The position numbers were made by a program, and so were the translations under genes. Below, piece after piece: positions 29,673 to 39,538 of a stretch of DNA of 64,000 nucleotides (position 1 is its first letter; every line of letters starts with the position of its first letter). Source of the DNA: Synechococcus sp. (GTDB lineage: Bacteria; Cyanobacteriota; Cyanobacteriia; PCC-6307; Cyanobiaceae); assembly GCA_047284725.1 (NCBI GenBank), contig JBJBEO010000001.1, forward strand, positions 760,202 through 824,201, in the 5' to 3' direction. The notes beneath the pieces are model-generated. The model made no database searches. It worked only from the letters and a program-made list of their open reading frames with translations, and was not told the origin of the DNA.

Positions 29673-29783
29673 ATTAATGTCCCCACCTAGGGGTATCGAT
29701 TCCTCATGGATCGGGAGTTGAATCCGCTGGCGGGGCTTTGACGGCACGGAGGGATCCCACAGAGCACCTGCCTTTTCGCCCAA
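29673..29783 (+). ncRNA. RNA B copy 3 (3'-truncated)
   Basis: ATTAATGTCCCCACCTAGGGGTATCGATTCCTCATGGATCGGGAGTTGAATCC... Confidence 0.55.
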
Positions 29784-29836
29784 TGATGTTGAGTGTTAAC
29801 ATCATTTACAAGTATGTTTAATTCTAAATCAAAAGC

Positions 29837-30154
29837 ATGCTCAATGCCTCTGTTGTTGTTTGCTCAATTGGAATTGCTTTTAATTTTTTTATTCAGCTTT
29901 TTTTGAATGGCTTGGTCCTTATTTCTCCTTGTGATATGCCTTGGATGGAAGGATATGGCGATGATTGTTGGTCTACTAGCGGGATTATGATATTTCATCA
30001 TCTTGCATGCTCTGTCGCCCTATTTGTCTCAGGCTTAGCGGGCTCGCTTTTGCTCCTCAAGAGCACAAGGCGCGAGAAATCCTCCTATGCAATTTGTAGT
30101 GCTGTTTTATTTGGATCTTTTGTCCAACTAATTAATGCATTGATGTATTTTTGA
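29837..30154 (+). CDS. Small membrane protein
   Basis: Three TM-like segments; AT-rich. Confidence 0.5.
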   Translation: MLNASVVVCSIGIAFNFFIQLFLNGLVLISPCDMPWMEGYGDDCWSTSGIMIFHHLACSVALFVSGLAGSLLLLKSTRREKSSYAICSAVLFGSFVQLINALMYF

Positions 30155-30454
30155 TCTAATAGTGTCTTTTGTGATTTTGCAGGATTGACCTTATGATCTC
30201 GATGTTCTTTTGATCTCCATCGCCTACATCCCCCACCGATGCTTAGAGCTGAGCTAAAAGCCCACTAGCGGCTCAGCCAAGGTGGCCCGATCAAAGAGCC
30301 AGTACATGTACTTCTTCCGCTAAGCCTACACCCGTAGATTGACCAAGTAATATCTATTCTTTGCCTGCAAGCAGTTGCGCGGAACTTCAGTGTGTTGAGG
30401 GAGGATCTGCTGAAACTATATAAATCCATGCTATAAATAGATTTTTATTGTTGA

Positions 30455-30823
30455 ATGACTGCAACAATTGAGGTCACAGCCCTGACACCAGAATCGTTCG
30501 AGTCTTTAAAAATACGAGAAGGCATCATGCTAGAGGGAGAGACAGTCACCGTCTCCTACAAAGGCATTAGAGACATGCTAATTCTCACCAACAAAAGATT
30601 GCTGCTTGTCGACAAGCAAGGATTGACGGGGAAAAAGCAAAAATACTTGTCAATCCCCCTTGACAAAATCAATGCATTTTCTGTTGAGACTGGTGGTACA
30701 TTGGATTTCGATTGTGATATTGACATTTACGTCTCTGGGATGGGCTATGTGCATGCAGAAATAATGAGACCCACTAAAAATATGGATCCGCTTGTGGACG
30801 CCCTAAACGATCTTCTCTTTTAA
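30455..30823 (+). CDS. Bacterial PH domain protein (bPH_1)
   Basis: IRDMLILTNKRLLLVDKQGLTGKK...SIP...FSVET. Confidence 0.85.
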   Translation: MTATIEVTALTPESFESLKIREGIMLEGETVTVSYKGIRDMLILTNKRLLLVDKQGLTGKKQKYLSIPLDKINAFSVETGGTLDFDCDIDIYVSGMGYVHAEIMRPTKNMDPLVDALNDLLF

Positions 30824-31383
30824 ATCTAAATATCGTCGAACAAAAAAGAACGTTACTCACCATTTGGAGCATAAGTCTGTCAAGTACGTCACCTTTTTTG
30901 TTCGACAGCTTTGCGGCGAATGATCGCCTCCAATGGTGATTCGGGCCTTTGGTTCAGCTCTTTGAGTGCGTAGCAGTCTGAAGGTGCGGCTTTCAGCGCA
31001 ACTAGCACACCACAAGCAGTCTCACGAATCTGGACACAGCACAACGCTGCATTGGACACTTGTTAGCGCAGCAGTCTCAACCCTTGAGACAGATGAACTC
31101 AGTCATGGCAGGCATAACTGGCACGCCATGTCCTGCGTATCTGTGTATCAAGCAAGGCATCCACTCTGCTGGGGAATCTTCCAGTTCCATTTCGGACCTG
31201 CGTGAAACCGCTGCTCTGGTCAACTTGCCGGGGGGAGGGCGAGACCCTAACTACATCCAGCTAACTAGCGTCTTGACATCTGAGGCAAGGGCTTGGGCTC
31301 ATTCTGTTTTCATGCTCGCCTCAGTTTTTTCTCAGCAAGCTGACAGAATGACATGAAATCATAAGCACTGATTCTTTTTAAGA

Positions 31384-31605
31384 ATGCCTCTAGAGCCAAA
31401 CGGTCTGAACGATACAGTTGAAAGAATTGGAGGCAAAATCCTCTTCCAAATCACTGACGAAGAAGGCCGCCAATCCATGGGTAATGGCAATAGCAATTAC
31501 ATTGCTACGGACATCTTGGCAGACCAAGTCCTTGGCGTAACTACCACCCTCGTGGAAGCAAACAAATTTGTTGACGAATTTGTTGATCCCCTCGGTTTGG
31601 CCTGA
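31384..31605 (+). CDS. Hypothetical protein
   Basis: Followed by a terminator (AGACCTG...CAGGTCT + T run, ~31627-31655). Confidence 0.55.
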   Translation: MPLEPNGLNDTVERIGGKILFQITDEEGRQSMGNGNSNYIATDILADQVLGVTTTLVEANKFVDEFVDPLGLA

Positions 31606-31753
31606 AAAGTCATTAGTCACTTGTCAAGACCTGTCTCAATGTCAGGTCTTTTTTTATGTCATAATTCCTTTGCTCTTAAGGGTTTGAGACGCACGTGTAG
31701 ATGGTATTTGGCATCAATGCCTATGCTTGACAGCTTGATGGATCTCGGCCTAC

Positions 31754-32074
31754 TCACTTGAGCACCTGTGCCAACTCACACTGAAGCCTGATTGTCCCAA
31801 TCATTGCGGAATGGTTTTCACGCTTGGCTGATTTCATGAGCACGTCTTCAAGTTGGAAGAGTTTGCGAGCCATGAACTCTTTTCTATCTTCATCGACAGC
31901 TTCTTTGATCGCATCCTTTGCTTTACGGATAAGGAGGTCAACGCCACCGCGTTTCAGCCCCCACTCTGTTCGTCCGTGTTCAAGCAATCCAGGGCGTTGC
32001 ACACCGTTAGCGATCATGTAGACAAACTGTTGAACGCGGAGTTCAGTCTCGGCTTGAGTGGCTTTTCTTCCCAT
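31754..32074 (-). CDS. Small-terminase-like helical protein
   Basis: MGRKATQAETELRV...EWGLKR...DRKEF; similar to 27710-28057. Confidence 0.5.
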   Translation of the reverse strand: MGRKATQAETELRVQQFVYMIANGVQRPGLLEHGRTEWGLKRGGVDLLIRKAKDAIKEAVDEDRKEFMARKLFQLEDVLMKSAKRENHSAMIGTIRLQCELAQVLK

Positions 32075-32344
32075 GGATTCATTCTGCCAAGGGTTTAATG
32101 TCCGATGAGCCCATTTCATTCTTCAAGCTTTGGCCCTTAAGTAGACGGCTGATATGTAGTTAATAAGCGCATCGTGACGAGCAGTCACGCAAAGCTAATG
32201 GCAACCACTAATGGATCCAGCAAATCCTTCAGCTTGGAACTGCTTCAGCAATGCACTGCCAACAACATGGATGGGGATCGTGTCTTCTGACTACTCAACA
32301 GCAGGACTAGCGATTAACACTATTCTACAGAAGTTCGTTCGCAT

Positions 32345-32623
32345 TTAATACGAAGGGGAAGCAACATGGTCGATTGACTTATTTGATTTGATGCATTCTT
32401 CGGCCCAGTCCGGATTCCTTATCAGTTCATCCACTTCTTCTATTCCCGTTGAAGATATCACTTTACCGCTTAATTCTAACTCGTGAATCATGGATCTTGC
32501 CCTGCAGGGATCAAAGCGACTGACTGTCCTAGAGTCTTCGATCCAGGCGGCAATAAACCAGATTGGGGTGGCGATGACAACGCTGCAGGCGGCGATGACA
32601 AAGCCCTTGGTGGTCGTGTCCAT
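32345..32623 (-). CDS. Membrane-anchored hypothetical protein
   Basis: MDTTTKGFVIAACSVVIA N-terminal TM. Confidence 0.6.
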   Translation of the reverse strand: MDTTTKGFVIAACSVVIATPIWFIAAWIEDSRTVSRFDPCRARSMIHELELSGKVISSTGIEEVDELIRNPDWAEECIKSNKSIDHVASPSY

Positions 32624-32728
32624 GTAGTCCAGTCTGCCCGGTCCTGATGCGAGTGTCACATCTCGCCTTCGTCTGACTAGGTCCGAACGTGCCTAAGTTT
32701 GCAGGCTCTAGGCGCCGCTAGAACGAGC

Positions 32729-32771
32729 CTGCTCTAAAAACTGCTCTAAAAAATTAATACTTTTGCTCTAA
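32729..32771 (+). repeat. Putative integrase arm-type sites
   Basis: CTGCTCTAAA x2 plus TGCTCTAA, just inside the right att copy. Confidence 0.7.
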
Positions 32772-32805
32772 GCTAGTTGCGCCAATGGGTTTGAGCCAAA
32801 GATTG

Positions 32806-32852
32806 CCTGCATGGCATGCAGGGGGTCAGGAGTTCGAGTCTCCTTGGCTCCA
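32806..32852 (+). repeat. att core, right copy (partial tRNA-Ala)
   Basis: 47/47 identity to 6577-6623; lacks the tRNA 5' part. Confidence 0.95.
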
Positions 32853-33250
32853 CTAGGTTTTTAACCAGTGGGACATCCCTGACAGATCAAAACCGTGAGA
32901 GCGGGTGTCGCAACAGGGCATCTACCCTCAGGGCACGTTCTACGGCACTTGGTTCAGCTTCCAGACCAGCGACCCGTGGTGAAACGCCTCCATCGAGACG
33001 TCTTGGAAGACCCGAAGGCGTAGGGATCCATCGGCTCGCAAAACAACCTCAACTCACCCACCAGCACCGTGAAAGCAGTTCTGGATGTGTTCTCCTTCGA
33101 GAATGAATCAAAATGTGGACGATTTTGAACACGTGAACCCAGATCAGATGCTGAAGCATTGGTCTTGGCACCCTGAGGTGTTGCACGATCACGATTAAGG
33201 GTCGTTAGCAGACACAGGCTTAAACTCAGTTGGATGCAACCAAAAGGACG

Positions 33251-33541
33251 ATGAAAATCAGCACTCTTGCAGTTGCTGGCGCTATAGCAGTCTTCTCGAT
33301 CGCTTTCCCAAAAAGTGCCGAGGCAGAAACCTATGAATTTTGGTACGCATATCAGGCTGGAGGATTAGCCATGCTGTGTGACCTGCACATGAATGGGATT
33401 ATTTCGACGAACACTCTCAAGCAAGCGAAAAGCAATTTCACGAAACCTAGTCTCAATGTCCCTAAAGCAGCCACAAGAGATGCCATCAAGGTGATCCTGA
33501 ACTATGAAGACTTCAAGAATTGCCCCATCAGCAGCCCCTGA
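33251..33541 (+). CDS. Secreted hypothetical protein
   Basis: Signal peptide MKISTLAV...AEA. Confidence 0.65.
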   Translation: MKISTLAVAGAIAVFSIAFPKSAEAETYEFWYAYQAGGLAMLCDLHMNGIISTNTLKQAKSNFTKPSLNVPKAATRDAIKVILNYEDFKNCPISSP

Positions 33542-33720
33542 TCAATCGTCTGCCGGCATCAAAGACTGACTCCTGCCAGGTTCCGCGATCGGAGGGGTAG
33601 GAAGCCTCCCGGTCTCAGGTTCCCTTGCCTTGGCAGAACTGCTGGGAGAGGGTTCAATCAATTGAAGCGGTCGCATGGGTCGACCACGCACCAGTATTCC
33701 CCTCATTTGCCGGTAATCCC

Positions 33721-34485
33721 ATGGTCAAGCCTTTGCCGCCTTCTCGGAAGAGGGTGCGCAAGTCTTTCTCTCCTGTTCTGATCGCGATCCTCACCGCTCT
33801 CCCCCTTGTCGTGCTGGCCGGCCTGCATGCGCTCTTGCTCATCATGGCGTGGCTCGGCTCAAGCATGAAAAGTGCAAATGGTGGTGAAGTCGGGTTGATG
33901 AGCTGGGTCTTGTTAGCACTCGCAACAGGGACCACAGTCGCCTCTGCAGGGGCCGCAGTCGTTGGTGTGCTGTTGGCTCCACGGCGCCCACGCGTCAACT
34001 CTTGGCGTTCCCTTGGCATCGGCTGGTGTCTTTTGGCGGTGTCCGTGATTTCGACCATCGCAATGTTCACAATTGATTCAATTCGGAATGCTCAGCTAGG
34101 TCGTGAGCTCGATCAGCGCTATGCACCGAAGCGTCTGGCCGAGAACCGCGACCTACTTGACAGCGCGCTGATCAAAGCAGAGTGTGCGGATGGGGTCACA
34201 TTGACCCTTAATCGCAAGGTTTTCAGTGATGGTGACAGCGTGATGAGTGTTAGAGCCATTCCAGCTGATCGCAGCCGCCAAAATGACATCCTTGTCATCC
34301 TGGGTAGCGACTCCAAAGTGTTGGCTGCAGTTTTGGCGACAGACCGATCCGATCTGGAAACCTACAAAGCACGGGGACTTCAATCTGAGCCCTACAAATC
34401 GCAGGGTCTGCGCTCATGCCAACTGAAAATCGATGCAATGCTCACGGAGCTTGAATCGTTCGTTCAGTCCCACTCACAACCATAA
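33721..34485 (+). CDS. Membrane protein (3 TM + soluble C-terminus)
   Basis: Hydrophobic segments. Confidence 0.6.
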   Translation: MVKPLPPSRKRVRKSFSPVLIAILTALPLVVLAGLHALLLIMAWLGSSMKSANGGEVGLMSWVLLALATGTTVASAGAAVVGVLLAPRRPRVNSWRSLGIGWCLLAVSVISTIAMFTIDSIRNAQLGRELDQRYAPKRLAENRDLLDSALIKAECADGVTLTLNRKVFSDGDSVMSVRAIPADRSRQNDILVILGSDSKVLAAVLATDRSDLETYKARGLQSEPYKSQGLRSCQLKIDAMLTELESFVQSHSQP

Positions 34486-34559
34486 GATCGCTGCACTCGA
34501 CACCTGATTGGGCTTAGAAAATAAGCTGCATTGGAATCCACCACTGCGTCCAACACCAA

Positions 34560-34844
34560 TCAGTGCAGGAGTTGATCCTGCAAGTCAGCTCCTGCTGGTG
34601 AACATCTGACCCAGCCGCTCTTGAGCATCGTCTGCCACGCCTCGATGGCGTTATGCCGGAGCATCCGCCGTACGACGGGCCGCCCACCACCACGCAGCGG
34701 CCTGGTCTCGATCTCAACCCATTGGGCATGGGCTGAGGCCAACGCATTCCGGAAGCAGACCACCAGCTGCTCCTGTTCATTCAGAAGCCACCCTTCCCCG
34801 TTTTTCTGCGGGTGGGGCTCAGGGTGCTGGCTCTTGCGTTCCAA
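34560..34844 (-). CDS. DUF1651-like protein
   Basis: GEGWLL...RRMLRHNAIEAWQTMLKSGWVRC. Confidence 0.75.
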   Translation of the reverse strand: MERKSQHPEPHPQKNGEGWLLNEQEQLVVCFRNALASAHAQWVEIETRPLRGGGRPVVRRMLRHNAIEAWQTMLKSGWVRCSPAGADLQDQLLH

Positions 34845-35430
34845 TCGATTCGAACTCGCCGGTCTCGCTCCTCTTTTAACGGCTCCGGAATGCGCTCAGC
34901 GTTCAAACCTCTGCGCGGGCATTCCGTCCTTAAAGAGGAAAAGGCTGGAGTCGGCTTCTGCCCTGCTCAGCTGCCTAGAACGCAAAATGCCAGCTCATGC
35001 TCCAAACCTGGACGTTGCCCCGAGGACGGTCGAAAGTCGCAGGCGAACACCTCGGCCTTGCTGGCTGCCGCCAGGGAGCAGGGGCGAGCGCGGTGCGGTT
35101 CATGGGGATCGGTTGTCGGTGGCTTTAAAAGGAGGACATTTGTTGTGCCCAATCTGAGGATGCTTAGAGTCATTTTCACCAATCATGGTGATGGCCAGTT
35201 TGGATCACTCCTTTTCTCTTGCATCGACTCGTTCCCCGAGCATTTACTGATGCAAAGGTTGGATTTTCTGTTTGCTCTGGAAAAGCCGATGAAATCAAAA
35301 TAGTCCGTATTGATGGCTGTTCATACAAGATGGCGATGTCTTCTAACCCATCCTTACTGATTGCAATTCTCCCTGATGCAGTTGTCTTCACGCCTTTAGA
35401 CGTTTTTGTTGTCGGTGGCCAAAGAGATGA

Positions 35431-35751
35431 TCAGCGACAGGCAACTTTGATCCATTCTTCGCCAACTGACTTGGGTTTGTAGGAAGCCCATGTCTGGTCA
35501 GCATTGAGATATGACTTGTTCTTGCAGTCAAACGGTTGGATCCATTCATTTAAAGAGCCATCAGGCTCAATGGTGATCATTTGGGTATAGATTTTGTTGC
35601 CTTGTTTCGCCACTTTTTTCATGAAATGCATCTCGCCGTCAACGGATTGATTGACGAATTCAAATCCGGCTGGGAGGTCAGGAATCGCAGAAGCGGGGGT
35701 CATGGAAGCCATCAGGCCGAGGACAGGAGCAAAGACGATGCGATCAATCAT
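35431..35751 (-). CDS. Secreted hypothetical protein
   Basis: Signal peptide; FDC...VAC Cys pair. Confidence 0.6.
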   Translation of the reverse strand: MIDRIVFAPVLGLMASMTPASAIPDLPAGFEFVNQSVDGEMHFMKKVAKQGNKIYTQMITIEPDGSLNEWIQPFDCKNKSYLNADQTWASYKPKSVGEEWIKVACR

Positions 35752-36138
35752 TGTCTGTGCGGTAGCTTGAGAATCGTTATTTTACGCGTTGGCTTACAAA
35801 GCAGGAGCTGGTGGCACCAGTCGTTCAGGCCACGTCTTCACCAGTTTGAACAAGAGCGAAGGCGAAAAGAGGCTGTGGATCCTTCGTTCGGTGTTCGTTG
35901 GGGGAAACTCGATCACTTCGGAATGATCGAAGACTGTGCAAATTGCAGCGACGACGGTCGCAGGGTGACTTCCCCATTGAGGACATTGGTTGTGCCTCAA
36001 GGTCTTCAATGCACTCTGTGAAGTCTTGGTGCCTTGGCGATGCCGCTAAGGCTGTGACTCCATTTGGTGTTTTCGAAAGCTATTTCAAGCCTGTGCGGAA
36101 CTGAGCTGTCTCACTGCAGCCGTCGTGTTGTGCTTGCG

Positions 36139-36315
36139 TCAGAGCCCCTGGCTCTGACGCAGAATCCAGGCCGAAGCAGCTTGCTGTTGCTTCCAGGCTA
36201 AGAGAAGGTCTTTGGCGATACTGCGCAGTGCTTGCGGATCGTCCGAGTTGTCAATTTCGCGTGAGAACTTCTCGATCTCAAATTTCTGGCCCAGAGTCAG
36301 AGCGATCGGGTCCAT
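36139..36315 (-). CDS. nblA: NblA-like phycobilisome degradation protein
   Basis: 58 aa; LTLGQKFEIEKFSREID...LRSIAKDLL helix-loop-helix pattern. Confidence 0.65.
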   Translation of the reverse strand: MDPIALTLGQKFEIEKFSREIDNSDDPQALRSIAKDLLLAWKQQQAASAWILRQSQGL

Positions 36316-37374
36316 TAGCTTGTTGCTGCGTAAGCAGAACCTACTCTGGAAATTTCGCTGCAGCAAATTAAAAACGTCGTGATTGCAACCGATTGGGCGC
36401 AAACATGATCAGCTCAATACATTGCTGGCATTACAGAACATTGCCTAACGCTGCTGATCGTTCGTATCGCAAGGGCTTATGGGCTTAGAAAGTGCTGACA
36501 TGACTGGATCGGATGCATTTTTCCTGGGAGAAACATCTGCAATTGTCCCGAAATGTAGCGGTTGCGTCAGACGAGAATCAGGGTTTCGCTCTCGCCCTCA
36601 TGGGCATCGCCTTGACGCTTCTTGCCAACGATTTGCTGGCTCATGAAACGCAAGCGGCACCGTTGTCGTCGTTCCAGGCCTGAACGAACGCAGTCGCGGG
36701 TCTTGAGTGATTTGACCAACAAGGCAGCAATATTGGTGGAAGGGGGGATGAGCAGTTCATTCACCTCATCGCTCTGGATCGTTGGAAGCCTCGAAGTGAT
36801 GGAGCCACGAGCAGGCTTGATCGCTTTCGTCAGAGGCCTAGGGGTGCCACGGTTCCGACATGCCGACCAGTCGCTTCGCTTTCCGGTAGCTCTCGTTCAT
36901 GGCTCGTATGTGGCCTTCCATGCATTTGTCGTAAGCCTTCAGTTCAAGGCTTAGAGCTTCTTCTTTGCTTGCAGGTGCCAAGTCATTGGCGTTGGCCTTC
37001 TCGCGCTTCATCCATAAATCGCTGAGGATCCGATGATGGCTTGTGTGCGCAGATGTGCATGGGCGATTGTGACTGGCCGAACGCTCTTCATCTTTTCTTC
37101 ATCGGTTTTGTGTCGTAGCGGTTTGGTTTTGTGATTCGTCGTGCAAAGTCTCTCGCTTTCGCGTTTGTTTTTGCTGACAGCAATGTTTGCGTCTTGTGAT
37201 CAGGTGTTGAGGCCTTGGATGGGATTGGCTCAAACGTCTCGCTGCACGTTGTGATCATTCCTGGCTCGAGTGCAAGGGGTATGGCGACATTGGGCTTCAG
37301 GATGGGGCGACAATCCAGCCGATTTGTATCCCTGCGAACGACCGCGAAGTCAACAAGTCATATATGAAGAGCTT

Positions 37375-37388
37375 GTAGCATTTGCTAC
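37375..37388 (+). promoter_or_regulatory. NtcA binding site
   Basis: GTAGCATTTGCTAC = GTA-N8-TAC palindrome, directly upstream of the riboswitch. Confidence 0.75.
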
Positions 37389-37390
37389 CG

Positions 37391-37450
37391 ACGTTCACCT
37401 CCTCGTCGGGGAGGCGCAGTTCGATTCAGGCCATGGAACGGGGACCTGAA
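37391..37450 (+). ncRNA. Glutamine-II (downstream-peptide) riboswitch
   Basis: CGTTCACCTC...GAGGCGCAG...TCAGGCCATGGAACGGGGACCTGA, with CGTTC/GAACG and TCAGG/CCTGA pairings, upstream of a DUF4278 ORF. Confidence 0.85.
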
Positions 37451-37470
37451 CTTGCTTCGAGGAACCTTCA

Positions 37471-37632
37471 ATGACTCTGACCTATCGCGGGCAGCAGTAC
37501 GCACAGCACAGCACTTCAACTGCTGGCAATGTTCAACTCACCTATCGCGGTCAGCACTACGGCCAACACAAGGCTGCAGTGACGAAAACGCATCATGTGG
37601 GCACCTACCGCGGTGCTCGCTTCTCCAAGTGA
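37471..37632 (+). CDS. DUF4278 small protein (53 aa), not in the ORF track
   Basis: MTLTYRGQQY...LTYRGQHY...GTYRGARFSK*; three YRG motifs. Confidence 0.85.
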   Translation: MTLTYRGQQYAQHSTSTAGNVQLTYRGQHYGQHKAAVTKTHHVGTYRGARFSK

Positions 37633-37653
37633 TCACCCATCAGTGATGCGATC

Positions 37654-37677
37654 AGCCCCGCTTCGGCGGGGCTTTTT
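37654..37677 (+). terminator. Intrinsic terminator
   Basis: AGCCCCGC-TTCG-GCGGGGCT followed by TTTT. Confidence 0.85.
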
Positions 37678-37811
37678 CGTGGGCAACCAATCCCTCAGGT
37701 GTCGTCAGTCACTCCTGTCCCATCCATCCGCTCAGGTCTGACTTGATCAGTGCAGTCTGAACGGCTTCAGCCGTTCAGACTGCTCCGCAAGGTTGTCGCT
37801 CTGAATCGTCA

Positions 37812-39080
37812 ATGCCTCTCAAGCGTCAGGACAGGCTCACGCTCCAGGGTCTTCTGCAGGCCCTGGGCCCTGGCATTCTTCTGGCGGCAGCAGCGATTGG
37901 TGGCTCCCACCTGGTGGCGTCAACCCAGGCCGGTGCTTTGTATGGCTTGGGTCTCCTCGGGCTGCTGCTGCTCGCCAATCTGTTCAAGTACCCCTTCCTC
38001 CTGGTGGGCAGTCGTTTTACGGCTGTGACCGGACGGAGTCTTCTGGAGGGTTACGTCCGGCACCGTCCCTGGTATCTGCCTCTTTATCTTCTGATCACGC
38101 TGAGCACGGGTGTCGCCAACATCGCCGCTGTCGTGCTGCTCGCTGGCAGCCTTGCCACAGCCTTTCTTCCTTGGGCGGCGGGCCCCCTGGCCCTCCTGCT
38201 CCTCACAATCTGTCTGCTGATCCTGCTGCTGGGCCAGTATCGAACCCTGGATCGACTGAGCAAGGTTGTGGTCAGTCTTCTGGTGCTCTGCACGGTCGCT
38301 GCCACTGCAGTTGCGTTGGTGCGTGGACCCTCTGTCAGCGATCTGAGCGTTCTGTTCACGCCCTCTCCCTGGACGCTGGCCTCCCTTCCTTTTGTCGTGG
38401 CACTCCTGGGCTGGATGCCCTGTCCTCTTGATCTATCGGCCTGGTCTTCGTTGTGGATTTATGCACGCGAGCAGGACTCGGGTCACCACAGCACCCCTGC
38501 TGAAGTCGAGGCCGACTTCAAGATCGGTTATGCCGCCACCGTGTTGATGGCTGTGTTGTTCCTCGTTCTCGGTGCGTGGGTGATGCACGGAACGGGAACG
38601 ATATTCTCTCCGCAGGGAGCGGCCTTCTCCCAGCAACTGATTGAGCTTTATACAGCGACTCTGGGCTCATGGGCCTATCCCCTGATTGCCTTCACGGCCT
38701 TCATCACAATGTTCAGCACAGCGCTCACGTGTCTGGATGGCTATCCCCGCTCCGCTTCTGCTGCGCTGCGTCTCTGGCAAGGCCATGAGGGCAGGGCTGT
38801 TCTCAACGCTGCCAGTCAGAGGCTCTGGATCTTGATCCATTTCGGACTGGCGGCCATGGTTCTGGCCTGGTGGAGCGGTTCGATGGGGTCTCTGGTGACA
38901 TCGGCGATGTGGATTTCCTTCCTGACCACGCCCGTGCTGGCTTGGATGAATCTTCAGGTGATGCAAAGCTCGCAGGTGCCCCCCGAAGACAGATTCGGCC
39001 CGGGTCTGCGTCTGACGGCCTGGACAGGGCTCGGCTTCTTGACGTCGTTGGTTGTGTTGTTCCTGATGACACGACTCTGA
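37812..39080 (+). CDS. NRAMP-family divalent metal transporter-like protein
   Basis: LGPGILLAAAAIGGSHLV...GA.YG...KYPF; about 11 TMs. Confidence 0.8.
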   Translation: MPLKRQDRLTLQGLLQALGPGILLAAAAIGGSHLVASTQAGALYGLGLLGLLLLANLFKYPFLLVGSRFTAVTGRSLLEGYVRHRPWYLPLYLLITLSTGVANIAAVVLLAGSLATAFLPWAAGPLALLLLTICLLILLLGQYRTLDRLSKVVVSLLVLCTVAATAVALVRGPSVSDLSVLFTPSPWTLASLPFVVALLGWMPCPLDLSAWSSLWIYAREQDSGHHSTPAEVEADFKIGYAATVLMAVLFLVLGAWVMHGTGTIFSPQGAAFSQQLIELYTATLGSWAYPLIAFTAFITMFSTALTCLDGYPRSASAALRLWQGHEGRAVLNAASQRLWILIHFGLAAMVLAWWSGSMGSLVTSAMWISFLTTPVLAWMNLQVMQSSQVPPEDRFGPGLRLTAWTGLGFLTSLVVLFLMTRL

Positions 39081-39538
39081 GCAGAGTCATCGTTGTCATG
39101 TCAAACAGGCTTTTGATGGGTCGCAATCCATGCTCTGGCTCAAGCAGCTTCCCCAAGTCGCGAGCTGTCTCTGAAGTCCGCAGCTTCCCAGTCAGCCAGT
39201 TGTTCGAAAAGCTCCTCTGCTTCCTTGTGCCTGCCAAGACGACTTAATTCTTTGATCTTTCGTATGGCAGCTCTCTTCTCTCGACGTGATAGGGGCACGA
39301 CAATGGGAGAAACTTCACCGGTTTTCTCTCACTCCGCAATCCATGTCATCGTTGGCGTGGACGCTCTTTTGATTGGTGAATCCTGGGCGCAGCTCTCCTG
39401 CGAATGCCCGGCTTGGTCAGTCTTTCTCCATGTTGACCGTGAACATTGTCTTGGCGAGGTGATGACACCTGATCGCAAGCTGATCAAGCTCTGGCCAGCG
39501 TCCTCCGGCAAAATTGTTCAGTGCAGAGTGTGGCTGGG

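Larger units (their letters stand above)
6577..32852. mobile_element. tRNA-Ala-integrated element (tycheposon/PICI-like), ~26.2 kb
   Basis: 47-bp perfect direct repeats at both ends; adjacent tyrosine integrase, Xis-like HTH, replication genes, TerS-like genes and heterogeneous cargo. Confidence 0.9.

Noticed and set aside
30301..30312. LexA box AGTACATGTACT
   Set aside because: Half-site spacing is 2 bp rather than 4; kept only as an unexplained palindrome
32806..32852. Second tRNA-Ala gene
   Set aside because: Lacks the 5' acceptor strand and D-arm; it is the att duplication
6577..32852. Prophage, integron, retron or DGR
   Set aside because: No capsid, tail, large terminase, reverse transcriptase or regular attC-like sites recognised
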